Shown one piece after another: positions 40,494 to 51,109 of a stretch of DNA of 64,000 nucleotides. Each line of letters opens with the position of its first letter. Position 1 is the first letter of the stretch. This DNA is from an uncultured cyanobacterium (GTDB taxonomy: Bacteria; Cyanobacteriota; Cyanobacteriia; Cyanobacteriales; CAWCAG01). The position numbers were made by a program, and so were the translations under genes. A model generated the notes under the pieces. That model ran no database searches. It worked only from the letters and a program-made list of their open reading frames with translations, and was not told the origin of the DNA. The DNA lies in the NCBI GenBank assembly GCA_963793425.1, contig CAWCAG010000005.1, positions 1,984,001-2,048,000 of the forward strand, written 5' to 3'.

Positions 40494-42734
40494 ATGCGAA
40501 TTTTACTGATTGAAGACGATGAAATTCTTATTCAAGTGCTGGTTAAATCTCTTGAAAGTCAGCATTATACAGTGGATATAGCTGAAGATGGACAGTTAGG
40601 TTGGGAGTATGCCCAAGATGGTCATTATGAACTGATTTTGATTGATGTTGGTTTACCAAGGTTAGATGGTGTTACTTTGTGTCAGCGTTTGCGTAGTGAA
40701 GGCTGTGCTATCCCTATTTTACTTATTACTGCTCAAGATGCTAGCGCTGATCGCATTAAGGGGCTTGATGCAGGCGCTGATGATTATTTAACAAAACCCC
40801 TCGATTTAGGAGAGTTGCAAGCTAGGGTTAGGGCTTTGTTACGGCGGGGAGAGGTTGCTTTTACTCCAGTTTTAGAGATGGGAGAATTAGTTCTTGACCC
40901 CAACAGCTATCAAGTACATTATAGAGAACAACCCTTAAAATTAACCCCCAAGGAATATAGTTTACTGGAACTTTTATTAAGAAATCCGGCACGGGTATTT
41001 AGTCGGGGGCAAATTATTGAACGCCTTTGGAATTATGATGATCCGCCCCTCGAAGAAAGCGTTAAGGCCCACGTTAAGGGGTTGCGACGTAAGTTGAAAA
41101 AAGTGGGTGTTGCAGATTGGATCGAGAATGTTTATGGTATTGGTTATCGCCTCAGTCCTAAACTGGCCCAGGAAGGAGAAAAAGCTGAAAATGCTTCTGT
41201 ACAACAGAGGTTTGATGAGGCAATGGCTCAGATGTGGCAGCAATATCGAGGCTTGATGACTGAACGGTTGGAGGCATTGCAAGAAGCTGCTGCTGCGATA
41301 CAGCAAGGTCAAGCTTCTTCGGAATTAAACTATTCGGCACAAAAAGCGGCTCATAAATTAGCCGGAGTGCTGGGTATGTTCAATAAAGAAGCAGGGACGA
41401 AGGTTGCACGGCAAATTGAAGACTTGTTGCAGGATAAATCAGAGAAAGTGCCTCAGCGAGGAGAGCAGTTGTTAGCTTTAGTGCAGCAGTTAAGGGAAAT
41501 GCTAGAATTACCAGCTTCTTCTGCTACTTCCACAGCTAGGTTATTGTTGATTGAGGGCGATGAAGAATTAGGTTCTCAACTACAAGAATTAGCACAGTTG
41601 GTACAAAGCAGTTGGCATCAGGTTCCCAACTTAACCTCAGCAAGGGATTGGTTGAAAACTCAAGCACCGGATGTAGTGGTGTTGAGTGTAGCAGAATCTG
41701 GGGAATGGCAGGGAAGTTTCACAATCTTAAAAGATTTAGCTGCCCGCACACCCCCAATACCTGCCTTGGTTATAGCCTCAAATCCTGACTTGGTAGATAG
41801 AGTTAGTATAGCCCGTTGCGGTGGCAGCCGCGTTTTAGTTAAACCAACTACCGCGACTCAAATTTGGCAAGTTGTACAGCAACTGTTGCAAAGTTATCAA
41901 GATCAAGAAACGAAGATATTAGTAGTTGATGATGATCCTGCTTTCTTAGCTGCTTTGCAGACAATTTTGACCCCTTGGGGATTAAGGATAACAGGATTGC
42001 AAGAGCCGGAATCCTTTTGGGAAATACTCAATTCAGTAAAGCCGGATCTCTTAATTTTGGATGTAGAAATGCCGGAAATTAATGGTATTGAACTTTGCCA
42101 AGCAGTACGCACAGATCCCCAATGGCAAAATTTACCTATTTTATTCCTGACAGCACATCAAGACAGAGAAACAGTGCAACAGGTTTATAGTGCGGGGGCA
42201 GATGATTATATAACCAAACCGATTATTGGGCCAGAATTACTCACCAGAATTACTAACCGCTTAGAAAGAAACCGCATTTTGAAGAACTTTTCTGGTAAAG
42301 ATGCCTTGACCCGATTGGCTAATTATCCCTGTTCTCGTATTGATTTGGCAACTTTGCTGCAACAGCAACCCAGTTGTTTAGCTGTTTTAACTATAGCTGA
42401 ATTGCCAGAAATTAATCTTCGCTACGGACACCAAACCGGAAACCAAATTCTACAAAGTTGGGGGAGGTTGTTGCAAACTGCTTTTAGTGGTAAGGAAGTG
42501 GTGGGGTATTGGGGTTATGGAGAATTTGTGGTTGGTATTCCTGGTGTGAATAGCCAACAAGCGGGTGATCGCCTAGCAAGTCTTCTGACAACCCTCAGAC
42601 AGCAAGTCTTCACTGCCCCAGATGGTACAAGGTTTCAAGTTACTTGTAATTGGGCAATCGCCCAATCTCCTCGCCAAGGAACAACTATTCAATCTCTCTA
42701 TCAAGCTGCGATCGCATCTCAAGCTAGAAGCTAA
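40494..42734 (+). CDS. Multidomain response regulator REC-wHTH-HPt-REC-REC-degenerate GGDEF (RcaC-like architecture)
   Basis: OmpR-type N-terminus, AHKLAGVLG (HPt), ILVVDDD/LILD receiver, GYGEF. Confidence 0.9.
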   Translation: MRILLIEDDEILIQVLVKSLESQHYTVDIAEDGQLGWEYAQDGHYELILIDVGLPRLDGVTLCQRLRSEGCAIPILLITAQDASADRIKGLDAGADDYLTKPLDLGELQARVRALLRRGEVAFTPVLEMGELVLDPNSYQVHYREQPLKLTPKEYSLLELLLRNPARVFSRGQIIERLWNYDDPPLEESVKAHVKGLRRKLKKVGVADWIENVYGIGYRLSPKLAQEGEKAENASVQQRFDEAMAQMWQQYRGLMTERLEALQEAAAAIQQGQASSELNYSAQKAAHKLAGVLGMFNKEAGTKVARQIEDLLQDKSEKVPQRGEQLLALVQQLREMLELPASSATSTARLLLIEGDEELGSQLQELAQLVQSSWHQVPNLTSARDWLKTQAPDVVVLSVAESGEWQGSFTILKDLAARTPPIPALVIASNPDLVDRVSIARCGGSRVLVKPTTATQIWQVVQQLLQSYQDQETKILVVDDDPAFLAALQTILTPWGLRITGLQEPESFWEILNSVKPDLLILDVEMPEINGIELCQAVRTDPQWQNLPILFLTAHQDRETVQQVYSAGADDYITKPIIGPELLTRITNRLERNRILKNFSGKDALTRLANYPCSRIDLATLLQQQPSCLAVLTIAELPEINLRYGHQTGNQILQSWGRLLQTAFSGKEVVGYWGYGEFVVGIPGVNSQQAGDRLASLLTTLRQQVFTAPDGTRFQVTCNWAIAQSPRQGTTIQSLYQAAIASQARS

Positions 42735-42785
42735 AATCTTTATATCAAAAGCTAATGGGATAAAGATGGAAAAGGAGTTGGCACT

Positions 42786-44750
42786 ATGTTAGACCATTTG
42801 TTAGACAACCGTTATCATGTCATCGAAATCTTAGGCTCTGGTGGATTTGGTAAAACCTATATAGCTGAAGACATCAAACGATTTGAGGCCAAATGTGTTG
42901 TCAAGCAACTCAAGCCCCAAGTACCTAGTCCAGAAATTTTAGAGGTGGCAAAACGCTTATTTGAAGCCGAAGCAAAGATATTAGGTCGTTTGGGTGACAA
43001 CCCGCAAATTCCAGCACTTTTAACCTACTTTAGCAATGAGCAAGAATTTTACTTGGTGCAAGAATTCATCGAAGGCCATGAGCTAACTCAAGAATTGACC
43101 TTTGGTAAGCAATGGAGTGAATCAGAGGTAATTTCCTTTTTGATTGATATTTTAACTCCCTTAGCTTTTGTTCATCAAAACCAAATAGTTCACAGAGATA
43201 TCAAACCTCCCAATCTGATTCGACGCAAGCAGGATAGCAAAATTGTCTTAATTGACTTTGGGGCGGTAAAGGAACTTTCTGCCACTCAAGTCCTCAATAC
43301 CCAAGGACAAACAAGAATTGGCACAATTATTGGTACTCCTGGTTATATGCCCAGTGAACAGGTTAGGGGAACTCCCAAATTTAGTAGCGATGTTTATGCG
43401 GTGGGCATTATTGCCATTCAAGCCTTAACCGGGAAAAGGCCCCCTAGTGAACGTGGTCTGCCTGAAGAACTACAAAAAGACCACAATAGGGAAATTATTT
43501 GGCGTGGTCAAGTGCAAGTCAGCCCTGGGTTAGCAGCGATTTTAGACAAGATGGTACGCTACAATTTCCGTCAACGCTATCATTCAGCAGTAGAGGCATT
43601 GCAGGCTGTGGAGAAGTTAGCAAATCAAGCTGTTGCTCCTACTGAACAAGCTAGCTCCCCCCATGAATTAACTTTACAATGGCTCGAAGCCTCTCAATTA
43701 AGAACTCAAACCATTAGAGACGGTCAAGCCACTAAAAATCCCGGCACTTTTCGTATAGGGCGCGATCGCAACAGGTGTGATCTTGTTTTATCTTCACCAA
43801 CGGTATCTGGTTTACATATAGAAATATATTTTAATCAACAACAGCAAAGCTTTTATTTAAGGAATCTACGGCCCACGAACCCCCCTGTGGTTAATGGACA
43901 ATCTCTAACAACTGGTGAGGTACTCTTGTTTCCAGGTAGTCGTTTGCAGTTGGGTCAACAGGAACTGATGGTAAAAAAGATTATTCCTCAACAGCAGCAG
44001 TATTTACAGGAACATATACCAACGCCACTTCCTCAACCAGCCTCTCCTCAACCTCCTCAACCTCCTCAACCTCCTCAACCAATTCAAACAGCCTCACCAT
44101 CCCCAGTTATTACTCCCAACTTTACTCAACAAACTCAACAAACTCAACAATCTCAACAAATCTCCCTCACTCCTTCTTCTCCCCGCAAATGGCCTTTGAT
44201 GATCGGGGGTGGTGTTATTTGTGTTCTAGCTGTGGGGATAGGGGCAATTTTAGCTAATCCCAATTTTATGGGAACAATCTTGAATGAACCAGAAGTCAAC
44301 AATGAACCAGAAATAACTCCGGAGGTAATTCCTAATCCAACTCCAGATGCCACTCCCAGTGTCATCCCTAATACCAATACACCAGAATCTAACTCAGAAA
44401 ATTCAACTGTTCCAGATATTAATATTACTCTGTACCTTGCAGACGACCAATGCCAAGATTTTGTCCCCACATCTGCTCAAGTTTCCTCAAAGCAACCAGC
44501 AACCGAGGCAGTAGGTAAGCTGCTAGATTCTCAAAGAATTAGCAACTTTCAGGTAGAAACTCATCAGGTTAATATTAACGAACAAGGACTAGCCACTGTT
44601 GATCTACGTTTGGCTAGCAATTCAAGAACTATTGTTTCTTTGGCCTCCTGTGAAAGTTTTATTCTCTTCAATCCAATTACCAAAACTTTAACTAGCAACT
44701 TTGAGAGTATCAAAGATGTTACCTTTTTAATTAACGGGAAACCGTATTAG
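42786..44750 (+). CDS. Ser/Thr protein kinase with FHA, Pro/Gln linker, TM and GerMN-like C-terminal domain
   Basis: GSGGFG, VVKQ, HRDIKPPN, DFG; FHA IGRD...VSGLH...N; TM near residue 480; C-terminal TLT......V.FLING. Confidence 0.9.
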   Translation: MLDHLLDNRYHVIEILGSGGFGKTYIAEDIKRFEAKCVVKQLKPQVPSPEILEVAKRLFEAEAKILGRLGDNPQIPALLTYFSNEQEFYLVQEFIEGHELTQELTFGKQWSESEVISFLIDILTPLAFVHQNQIVHRDIKPPNLIRRKQDSKIVLIDFGAVKELSATQVLNTQGQTRIGTIIGTPGYMPSEQVRGTPKFSSDVYAVGIIAIQALTGKRPPSERGLPEELQKDHNREIIWRGQVQVSPGLAAILDKMVRYNFRQRYHSAVEALQAVEKLANQAVAPTEQASSPHELTLQWLEASQLRTQTIRDGQATKNPGTFRIGRDRNRCDLVLSSPTVSGLHIEIYFNQQQQSFYLRNLRPTNPPVVNGQSLTTGEVLLFPGSRLQLGQQELMVKKIIPQQQQYLQEHIPTPLPQPASPQPPQPPQPPQPIQTASPSPVITPNFTQQTQQTQQSQQISLTPSSPRKWPLMIGGGVICVLAVGIGAILANPNFMGTILNEPEVNNEPEITPEVIPNPTPDATPSVIPNTNTPESNSENSTVPDINITLYLADDQCQDFVPTSAQVSSKQPATEAVGKLLDSQRISNFQVETHQVNINEQGLATVDLRLASNSRTIVSLASCESFILFNPITKTLTSNFESIKDVTFLINGKPY

Positions 44751-44837
44751 GAGTATGTCATGGATAAATCCCTCTAGGCAAATTCTTTTCCCTAAGCTAG
44801 GATGTGCCAGAACTGTTTTGTTTAGGAGTTAAACCAA

Positions 44838-46313
44838 GTGTCCTATGTCAACGGTACAATGATGCAGTTCTTTCACTGGTATTACCCCAGTGATGGCACT
44901 CTCTGGACTGAAGTTAAGCAAAAAGCAACTGAACTCGCCCAAGCCGGAGTTACTGCCCTTTGGCTGCCTCCTGCTTATAAAGGAGGTAGTGGGGGCTATG
45001 ATACGGGTTATGGGGTGTATGATCTCTTTGACTTAGGAGAGTTTGACCAAAAAGGGACAATTCGTACAAAATACGGCACTAAAGAAGAATTTTTAACTGC
45101 GGTTAAAGCGGCGCAACAAGCAGGTGTGCAAATTTATGCAGACATCGTTTTAAACCACAAAGATAGTGCTGATGAAACAGAAGAAGTTTATGCCACAGCT
45201 TATTACGAAAATAATCGTAACTACAGAGTAATGTCTGATGGCAAATTAGAAAAAATTCAGGCTTATACCAAGTTCACTTTTCCTGGTCGCGGTGATAAAT
45301 ATTCCAGCATGAAATGGCATTGGTGGCACTTTGATTCTGTGGTTTATAATAATTGGCGACCGGGAGAATATCCCTCAAAGATTTACTTATTTGAAGGGAA
45401 AGGTCATGATGATTTTGTTAACTTAGAAAAAGGTAACTATGACTTTCTCTTGGGTTGCGACTTGGATATGCAAAATGACCAAGTAAGGAAAGAATTAGAT
45501 TATTGGGGTGAATGGTTTTTAGAAACCACCGGAGTAGATGGTTTTCGCCTTGATGCTGTTAAACATATTCCTGCTTGGTTTTATGAGCAATGGTTAACCA
45601 AAATGCGAAACCATGCTCAGAAAGAACTTTTTAGTGTAGGGGAATATTGGGAAAATAATCTTGGTTCTTTGCTTAATTATCTTGATTTTACCGACGGCAA
45701 AATGTCTTTGGTGGATGTTCCTTTACATTACAACTTTCACTTTGCTAGTAAGGTAGGTGGTTCCTATGATTTACGCCGCATTCTTGATAATACCTTGATG
45801 CAAACGAAGCCAGAATTAGCAGTTACTTTTGTAGAAAATCATGATTCTCAACCCCTACAATCTTTGGAGTCTGTAGTTGAATCCTGGTTTAAGCCCCTCG
45901 CTTATGCTTTGATCTTGTTACGAAAAGAAGGCTATCCTTGTCTTTTTTATGCTGATTATTATGGCGCACATTACAAAGATAAAGGTTATGAAATTTGGTT
46001 AGATTCCCATCGCTTTTTAATTGATAAGTTTCTCCACGCCAGACAAAATTATGCTTACGGGGAACAATATGACTATTTTGATCATTGGGATATTATTGGT
46101 TGGACTCGTTTAGGAAATGGAGAACATCCCCAAGCTATGGCAGTAATTATGAGTAATGGTGCTGGGGGTTCAAAGTGGATGGAAGTAGGCAAACCAAACA
46201 CAGAATTTTATGATTTAACGGAACATATTTCTGAACCTATTAAAACTAATGAACATGGTTGGGGAGAGTTTCGTTGCAACGGAGGTTCGGTTTCAGTATG
46301 GGTACAACGTTAA
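44838..46313 (+). CDS. amyA: Cytoplasmic alpha-amylase (GH13)
   Basis: TMMQFFHWY, DGFRLDAVKH, VGEYW, FVENHD. Confidence 0.92.
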   Translation: MSYVNGTMMQFFHWYYPSDGTLWTEVKQKATELAQAGVTALWLPPAYKGGSGGYDTGYGVYDLFDLGEFDQKGTIRTKYGTKEEFLTAVKAAQQAGVQIYADIVLNHKDSADETEEVYATAYYENNRNYRVMSDGKLEKIQAYTKFTFPGRGDKYSSMKWHWWHFDSVVYNNWRPGEYPSKIYLFEGKGHDDFVNLEKGNYDFLLGCDLDMQNDQVRKELDYWGEWFLETTGVDGFRLDAVKHIPAWFYEQWLTKMRNHAQKELFSVGEYWENNLGSLLNYLDFTDGKMSLVDVPLHYNFHFASKVGGSYDLRRILDNTLMQTKPELAVTFVENHDSQPLQSLESVVESWFKPLAYALILLRKEGYPCLFYADYYGAHYKDKGYEIWLDSHRFLIDKFLHARQNYAYGEQYDYFDHWDIIGWTRLGNGEHPQAMAVIMSNGAGGSKWMEVGKPNTEFYDLTEHISEPIKTNEHGWGEFRCNGGSVSVWVQR

Positions 46314-46319
46314 AAGCAA

Positions 46320-47090
46320 TTAAGCAGCTTTGAAGAAACGAATAATTTCTCGCACATGATTGAGAACTTGACTATCTTCAGTTAGTTGGGCGATCGCACT
46401 TTGAGATTCCCTTAAAAGGCGTTGATGCTCGACTTCGTTACGGGCTTCTAATTGTTCTAATGTTGCCCTTAATTTGTTTAAGTTGTGGCGATTTTCTTGG
46501 GTATCACTTTTGATTTGAGAGAGAGGAGAGTTAGCTTGTTTGAGGTCAGTTTTGCTGGTTAAGTTTCTGATTTGTTCTTCTATAATTGTGAAGCGTTGAC
46601 GTAGTTCTAAAACATCTTCTCTAGGATATTTTATTTCTCTACGAATCATAGCCAATCTTGCTGCTAAGTATTGATATCCCCGTATAGCAGGGCGCAAGGC
46701 TGTTAACAATAAAGTAGCTACTGAACTAACATAACCAACCACACTTATTCCTGCTGCGGCAAGAATATAAAGTGTCACAGCGGAAAGAAAATGAAGGGCG
46801 ATCGCAACTATTAATGACCAACGAACCAGCTTTTTTACATAGCTGGTTTTTTGAGGTTCTACGGTTAAACCTTTTTCCTGGGAAGTATTGGCTTCTACTA
46901 ATACTTCCCTCGCTTCAAAATAGATGTTCCAAGGTATAGTAGCAATCGCAATCAGCCACCAAAAACTCGCAATCCCAATCAACCAATCTGCTAAGTTTCC
47001 CGCCGGAATATGTAACCATTGTAAAATACCAAAAACACATAAAACCAAGAATCCTAAACCAAAGCTATAACCGAAATAAGGGATAAACAT
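46320..47090 (-). CDS. Hypothetical membrane protein with C-terminal coiled coil
   Basis: Four hydrophobic segments followed by a heptad-rich tail. Confidence 0.8.
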   Translation of the reverse strand: MFIPYFGYSFGLGFLVLCVFGILQWLHIPAGNLADWLIGIASFWWLIAIATIPWNIYFEAREVLVEANTSQEKGLTVEPQKTSYVKKLVRWSLIVAIALHFLSAVTLYILAAAGISVVGYVSSVATLLLTALRPAIRGYQYLAARLAMIRREIKYPREDVLELRQRFTIIEEQIRNLTSKTDLKQANSPLSQIKSDTQENRHNLNKLRATLEQLEARNEVEHQRLLRESQSAIAQLTEDSQVLNHVREIIRFFKAA

Positions 47091-47338
47091 CTTTCTTATT
47101 TCCTTTTTCCTTAATGAAGCTGTTTTTTTTGATTGTGGATGATTAATTAGTTATTTTCTTAAAGGGATGTGATGATTTTTTAAGCTTCACATTCACAGTT
47201 GCAGAGAATTTTGTGGTACAATAGCTCTATCATAATGGGAGTGGTGGCTCTAATATTTAAACGCTAATATTCCCATTATGAAAATATTTTTTTATCATTA
47301 AAACAATACCATAAAATCAACCTTATTAACCTAATTTT

Positions 47339-47902
47339 TTAAATTAAATATTCATAAATTCCTAAAAAGACTAACAAAATTCCCGAAATAAGCTCCAACC
47401 TATGACCAGAATAATAAGTAGCAAATGCTTTGCCGAGAAATGCTCCTCCTCCTATCATTAAAAGGCTGGAAACAAAACTTAAACAACTAGTTAAGACTAA
47501 ATTTAATTGAGCAATTCCTGCCCCTATTCCTGTACCTAAGTTAGTAATAGTTAAAGCCAATCCTAATATAGTCGCTTCTTGCCAAGTCATATTTTTGTTA
47601 GCAACATCATCAGAAAGAGTTTCCTGGTTTAACTGTTGCTTCACAATTTTGCCAATAGTAACTAAACCAATCAAAATTAAAATTCCACTACCAAGTTTAT
47701 GAGCTAAATTTGGTGCGAAGAAATGATTAATTACATCTCCTAAAGACATAGAGGCAAATGTGCTAATACCAGATAGGAAAGCAATGATCAGGTTACCCAC
47801 AAGGCCAACATTTAGTTTTTTGATGCCATAAGCTGTACCAACAGCCAAATTATCTATATTAGTAGAAAGAGATAGTATGATTGAAGCTATAATTGTTTCC
47901 AT
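47339..47902 (-). CDS. YtaF/MntP-family membrane protein
   Basis: SLSTNIDNLAVGTAYG, EA.ILGLAL...N.G.G, ISGILL..LG; start placed at ATG 47902. Confidence 0.8.
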   Translation of the reverse strand: METIIASIILSLSTNIDNLAVGTAYGIKKLNVGLVGNLIIAFLSGISTFASMSLGDVINHFFAPNLAHKLGSGILILIGLVTIGKIVKQQLNQETLSDDVANKNMTWQEATILGLALTITNLGTGIGAGIAQLNLVLTSCLSFVSSLLMIGGGAFLGKAFATYYSGHRLELISGILLVFLGIYEYLI

Positions 47903-47946
47903 AAATTCTAAAATTCTTGGTGATTGATTACAATGTTTAATCATAA

Positions 47947-48510
47947 ATGACAAACGATTTTCCTAAGCTAGAAACTGAAAATTTGCAATTGAGAGAATTA
48001 CAACGTGATGATCTCCTAGCTATAAGAACAATCTTCAGTGATCCTCAAGTAACCAAATATCATGTTTATGAAACCACCACCGGACTAGAAAAGATTGATT
48101 TTATTATTCAATCTAGACTTGATGTTTGGTATCAAGGGCAGGGAATACCTTGGGTAATTATTAAAAAAGACGAGCAAAAAGTTATCGGTTGTTGCGCTTA
48201 TGTTTCTATAGACAACCAAAACCGTGAAAGTAGATTAGTTTACGAACTAGCTAGTCAATATTGGCGACAAGGCATTATGACAGAAGCTTTAACAGAAGTA
48301 ATTGATTTTGGTTTTAAATCCTTACAATTAAACCGCGTCGAAGCCTTTGTAATGACAGAAAATATAGCTTCTAGCAAACTATTGGAAAAGTTAGATTTTA
48401 GTTTAGAAGGTGTTTCGAGAGAAAAAGGTTTCTGGAAAGGAAAGTTTCACGATTTAAAGTTATTTTCTCTATTAGCCAAAGATTATCAACTCAAAAATAA
48501 AACACTATAA
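47947..48510 (+). CDS. RimJ/RimL-type GNAT acetyltransferase
   Basis: FPKLETENL.LR, YWRQGIMTEAL, N.AS.KLLEKL.F..EG. Confidence 0.9.
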   Translation: MTNDFPKLETENLQLRELQRDDLLAIRTIFSDPQVTKYHVYETTTGLEKIDFIIQSRLDVWYQGQGIPWVIIKKDEQKVIGCCAYVSIDNQNRESRLVYELASQYWRQGIMTEALTEVIDFGFKSLQLNRVEAFVMTENIASSKLLEKLDFSLEGVSREKGFWKGKFHDLKLFSLLAKDYQLKNKTL

Positions 48511-48583
48511 TTCAATACCCCATCATACCAAATCCAGTTATGATATACTTTTTATAACTAGCTGAATATATTTCAGGAAAGAT

Positions 48584-48625
48584 TTATTACTTATTACTTA
48601 TTACTTATTACTTATTACTTATTAC
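48584..48625. repeat. TTATTAC heptamer tandem repeat (STRR-type)
   Basis: About six copies; similar short arrays near 925-955, 24700-24727, 30958-30983, 37022-37090, 51936-51965, 58110-58192 and 61008-61050. Confidence 0.8.
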
Positions 48626-49810
48626 TCACTCCTCCAGCCGCCTCTCCAAAGCATTTAGAGAATCACTAAACTGAGGTAAATCTACATTTCCTGACATCAT
48701 TGGCAACTTACCAAACTTCTCCGCAGCCCATTTCGCCGTTTCTTGTACTTCAGGATCAGGATCATCACAAGCCATTTGTAAAAGCCGATTTACTTGGTTA
48801 ACCATGTCATAAACTTTAGTTAAATCCCGGATGGCATTTTTGCGTACTTCAGGATTATCATCCTGCAAAGACATGGCTAAAGCCCGATTAACTGGTTTGA
48901 GGGTACGGATGCTAATTTGGGAAAGGGCTTCTAAAATTAAACTACACTGCTGAGAATCAGAATCAATAATTAAATTAGATAAAGGTTTAACCGCCCTAGA
49001 ATCACCTTTTTGGGCTAACTCCCAAATTGCTTGGCGGCGCTTAATCCTGTCGGATTCTTGCAAATCTTTGATTAATTCTTCAATACGATCTACCTTCGCT
49101 AAAGGAGATGATGTTCTTACTTGTAAAGCTTTTTGAGGTGCTGGATTTGGTATGGAATGATTTTCAGCGTTGCCATTACTGCTAGGTAATTCATGATTTT
49201 CCTGGGAGAGAAATTCTTCAGATTCTTCATCTGTTTCTTCTTCCCAATCTTCTTGAGAAGCCTTCTTAAAGCGAAGTAGCATCAAAACCCCCCCTGCTAA
49301 AGCCCCTAAAATTGCTAAGGCAGCAACAATTGTGAGTAACGATTTTCTGCTAAATCTACTTGGTGGGGGGGATTTCTCTGGCTGAGCATCTTTTTTGTCC
49401 CCAGTCTTCTTTTCTGCGATCGCTTCCCCAATTAGCTTCTGAGTAATTCCCCCAGCAACACCGTCATCTTTCAAGCCTTGCCCATCTTGAAACTTAGCAA
49501 CGGCTTGCTTGGTTTTGAGGTTATATTCTCCATCGGGTTCTGTTTCAAGATAACCTAGTTCTTGCAGTTGATTTTGCAGGTTTTTAACCTCTTCTCCCTT
49601 ATCCCCTAATTGTAAAAGTTCTGGTTTTGCTTCTTTCTCTTCTTCTTCTGTGGCTTGGGCTTGAATGAATGTATTTTGAGATACTTTCCCTTCTGTTTGT
49701 AGTGAACTTGCCAAAACCAATTCTGGTTTTAGACTATAAATGTTGCTAGAAAAGAAACCGAAACAAGTAACCCAAGTAGCAATTAATAAAGGGAAACGAT
49801 AGCGAATCAT
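48626..49810 (-). CDS. Peptidoglycan-binding domain, TM and HEAT-repeat protein
   Basis: GD.G.EV..LQ..L..LGY....DG.Y...T..AV..FQ...GL..DGVAG; TM; HEAT-like VR..A motifs. Confidence 0.85.
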   Translation of the reverse strand: MIRYRFPLLIATWVTCFGFFSSNIYSLKPELVLASSLQTEGKVSQNTFIQAQATEEEEKEAKPELLQLGDKGEEVKNLQNQLQELGYLETEPDGEYNLKTKQAVAKFQDGQGLKDDGVAGGITQKLIGEAIAEKKTGDKKDAQPEKSPPPSRFSRKSLLTIVAALAILGALAGGVLMLLRFKKASQEDWEEETDEESEEFLSQENHELPSSNGNAENHSIPNPAPQKALQVRTSSPLAKVDRIEELIKDLQESDRIKRRQAIWELAQKGDSRAVKPLSNLIIDSDSQQCSLILEALSQISIRTLKPVNRALAMSLQDDNPEVRKNAIRDLTKVYDMVNQVNRLLQMACDDPDPEVQETAKWAAEKFGKLPMMSGNVDLPQFSDSLNALERRLEE

Positions 49811-49952
49811 AAACTCTCCGGCTGAAGTTGTGAGCCAGCTTTTTTTGGTGATGTGTACTAACAGTTATTAGCGCACCCATTTTAGATTACCCACCACTGT
49901 AACTCTTAGTCCTACTTAATTGAACATTAAACATTAAACATTAAACATTTAT

Positions 49953-49987
49953 CATTATTGGCGCTAGCCTTGCACCCTGGCTACATT
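49953..49987. repeat. 35-bp dispersed repeat, copy 1
   Basis: CATTATTGGCGCTAGCCTTGCACCCTGGCTACATT, identical to 58062-58096, within ACATTAA heptamers. Confidence 0.9.
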
Positions 49988-49993
49988 AAACAT

Positions 49994-50995
49994 TTATGTA
50001 GATGTGCTGGGGGGTTTGATTGTTTCTTTTCCAGAAAAGTAGGAATTCAATTTTAGTGCGATTTCTTCCCTTTGATTAATTAAATAAATACTAATTAGTG
50101 TTAGGCAAACTCCTGCTGATTGGATGGGGCTAAGAATTTCTGCTAAAAAGAGGTTGCCAAAAAGCAAAGCAAAAATAGGAGTGAGAAAAGTTAGGGAGCT
50201 AATACTCGTCAGATTGCCAGTAGAAGCTAAATGGAAAAATAAAGCGTAGGCGATCGCACTGCCAAAAACCGTAGCATAACTCAAGCCTAACCAACCTTGG
50301 GCATCAATATTCACCCACTGCCCGGATTCCCACAATCCTGAACCCATAAATAAAGGTAATCCTCCCAAAACCATATGCCAGCCTGTGGCAGCCACAGGAT
50401 CAGCATAACGACTCACAAAGCGAATTGTCACCGTACCTACTGCCATAGCCAATGCCGCTAAGAGCATTAACCACTGCCCGTTGTGCAGTAAATTTTCCAG
50501 ATTTAATGATATCTCAACCCCAGTTCCTTGCCAAAGTCCCGAAATCCATTCATCAGGCAACCCAATTAAACTAATACCCACAATACCTAAAATTAAACCT
50601 AACCAGCCCCAAAGACCAATTACTTCCCCAAACAACCAACTAGATAGCAAGGCAACAGCTAAAGGCTGGGAATCAATCATCACAGAACCCAAACCTGCGC
50701 TAGTATTAACTAGCCCTTCAGCAAGAAAACCTTGAAATAAAGTTCCATCCACCAAAGCAAAAAAGCTAATCCACAACCAAGCTTTCCAGCCACGAGGTTG
50801 AGAACGACCTAAAATAAGACTAACGGCAATCACCAAAAGTCCCGCCGGTAGTAAACGCACTCCCGCTAAAAATAGAGGGGTGGTTTGGGGAATGACTCCT
50901 TTCATCGCTACCATAGCTGTTCCCCAAAGGAAAAAAGGAGAGATTAATAATAAAGAGGATATGGGGAGTTTAAACTTAGTAAGTACTGACTGCAT
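49994..50995 (-). CDS. DMT/EamA family transporter
   Basis: About 10 TM segments in two EamA repeats (FFLWGTAMVAMK, SQPL.VA, FLTPIFA). Confidence 0.9.
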   Translation of the reverse strand: MQSVLTKFKLPISSLLLISPFFLWGTAMVAMKGVIPQTTPLFLAGVRLLPAGLLVIAVSLILGRSQPRGWKAWLWISFFALVDGTLFQGFLAEGLVNTSAGLGSVMIDSQPLAVALLSSWLFGEVIGLWGWLGLILGIVGISLIGLPDEWISGLWQGTGVEISLNLENLLHNGQWLMLLAALAMAVGTVTIRFVSRYADPVAATGWHMVLGGLPLFMGSGLWESGQWVNIDAQGWLGLSYATVFGSAIAYALFFHLASTGNLTSISSLTFLTPIFALLFGNLFLAEILSPIQSAGVCLTLISIYLINQREEIALKLNSYFSGKETIKPPSTST

Positions 50996-51109
50996 GGATA
51001 ATAAGTAAATATTGGCAGATTTTCTTTACCCAATGTTAACGTATTGTGTAGTTTTGTAAATAAAATCTATTTAACTTTCCCTCTTTCACCACTTAAATCT
51101 TTAAACATA

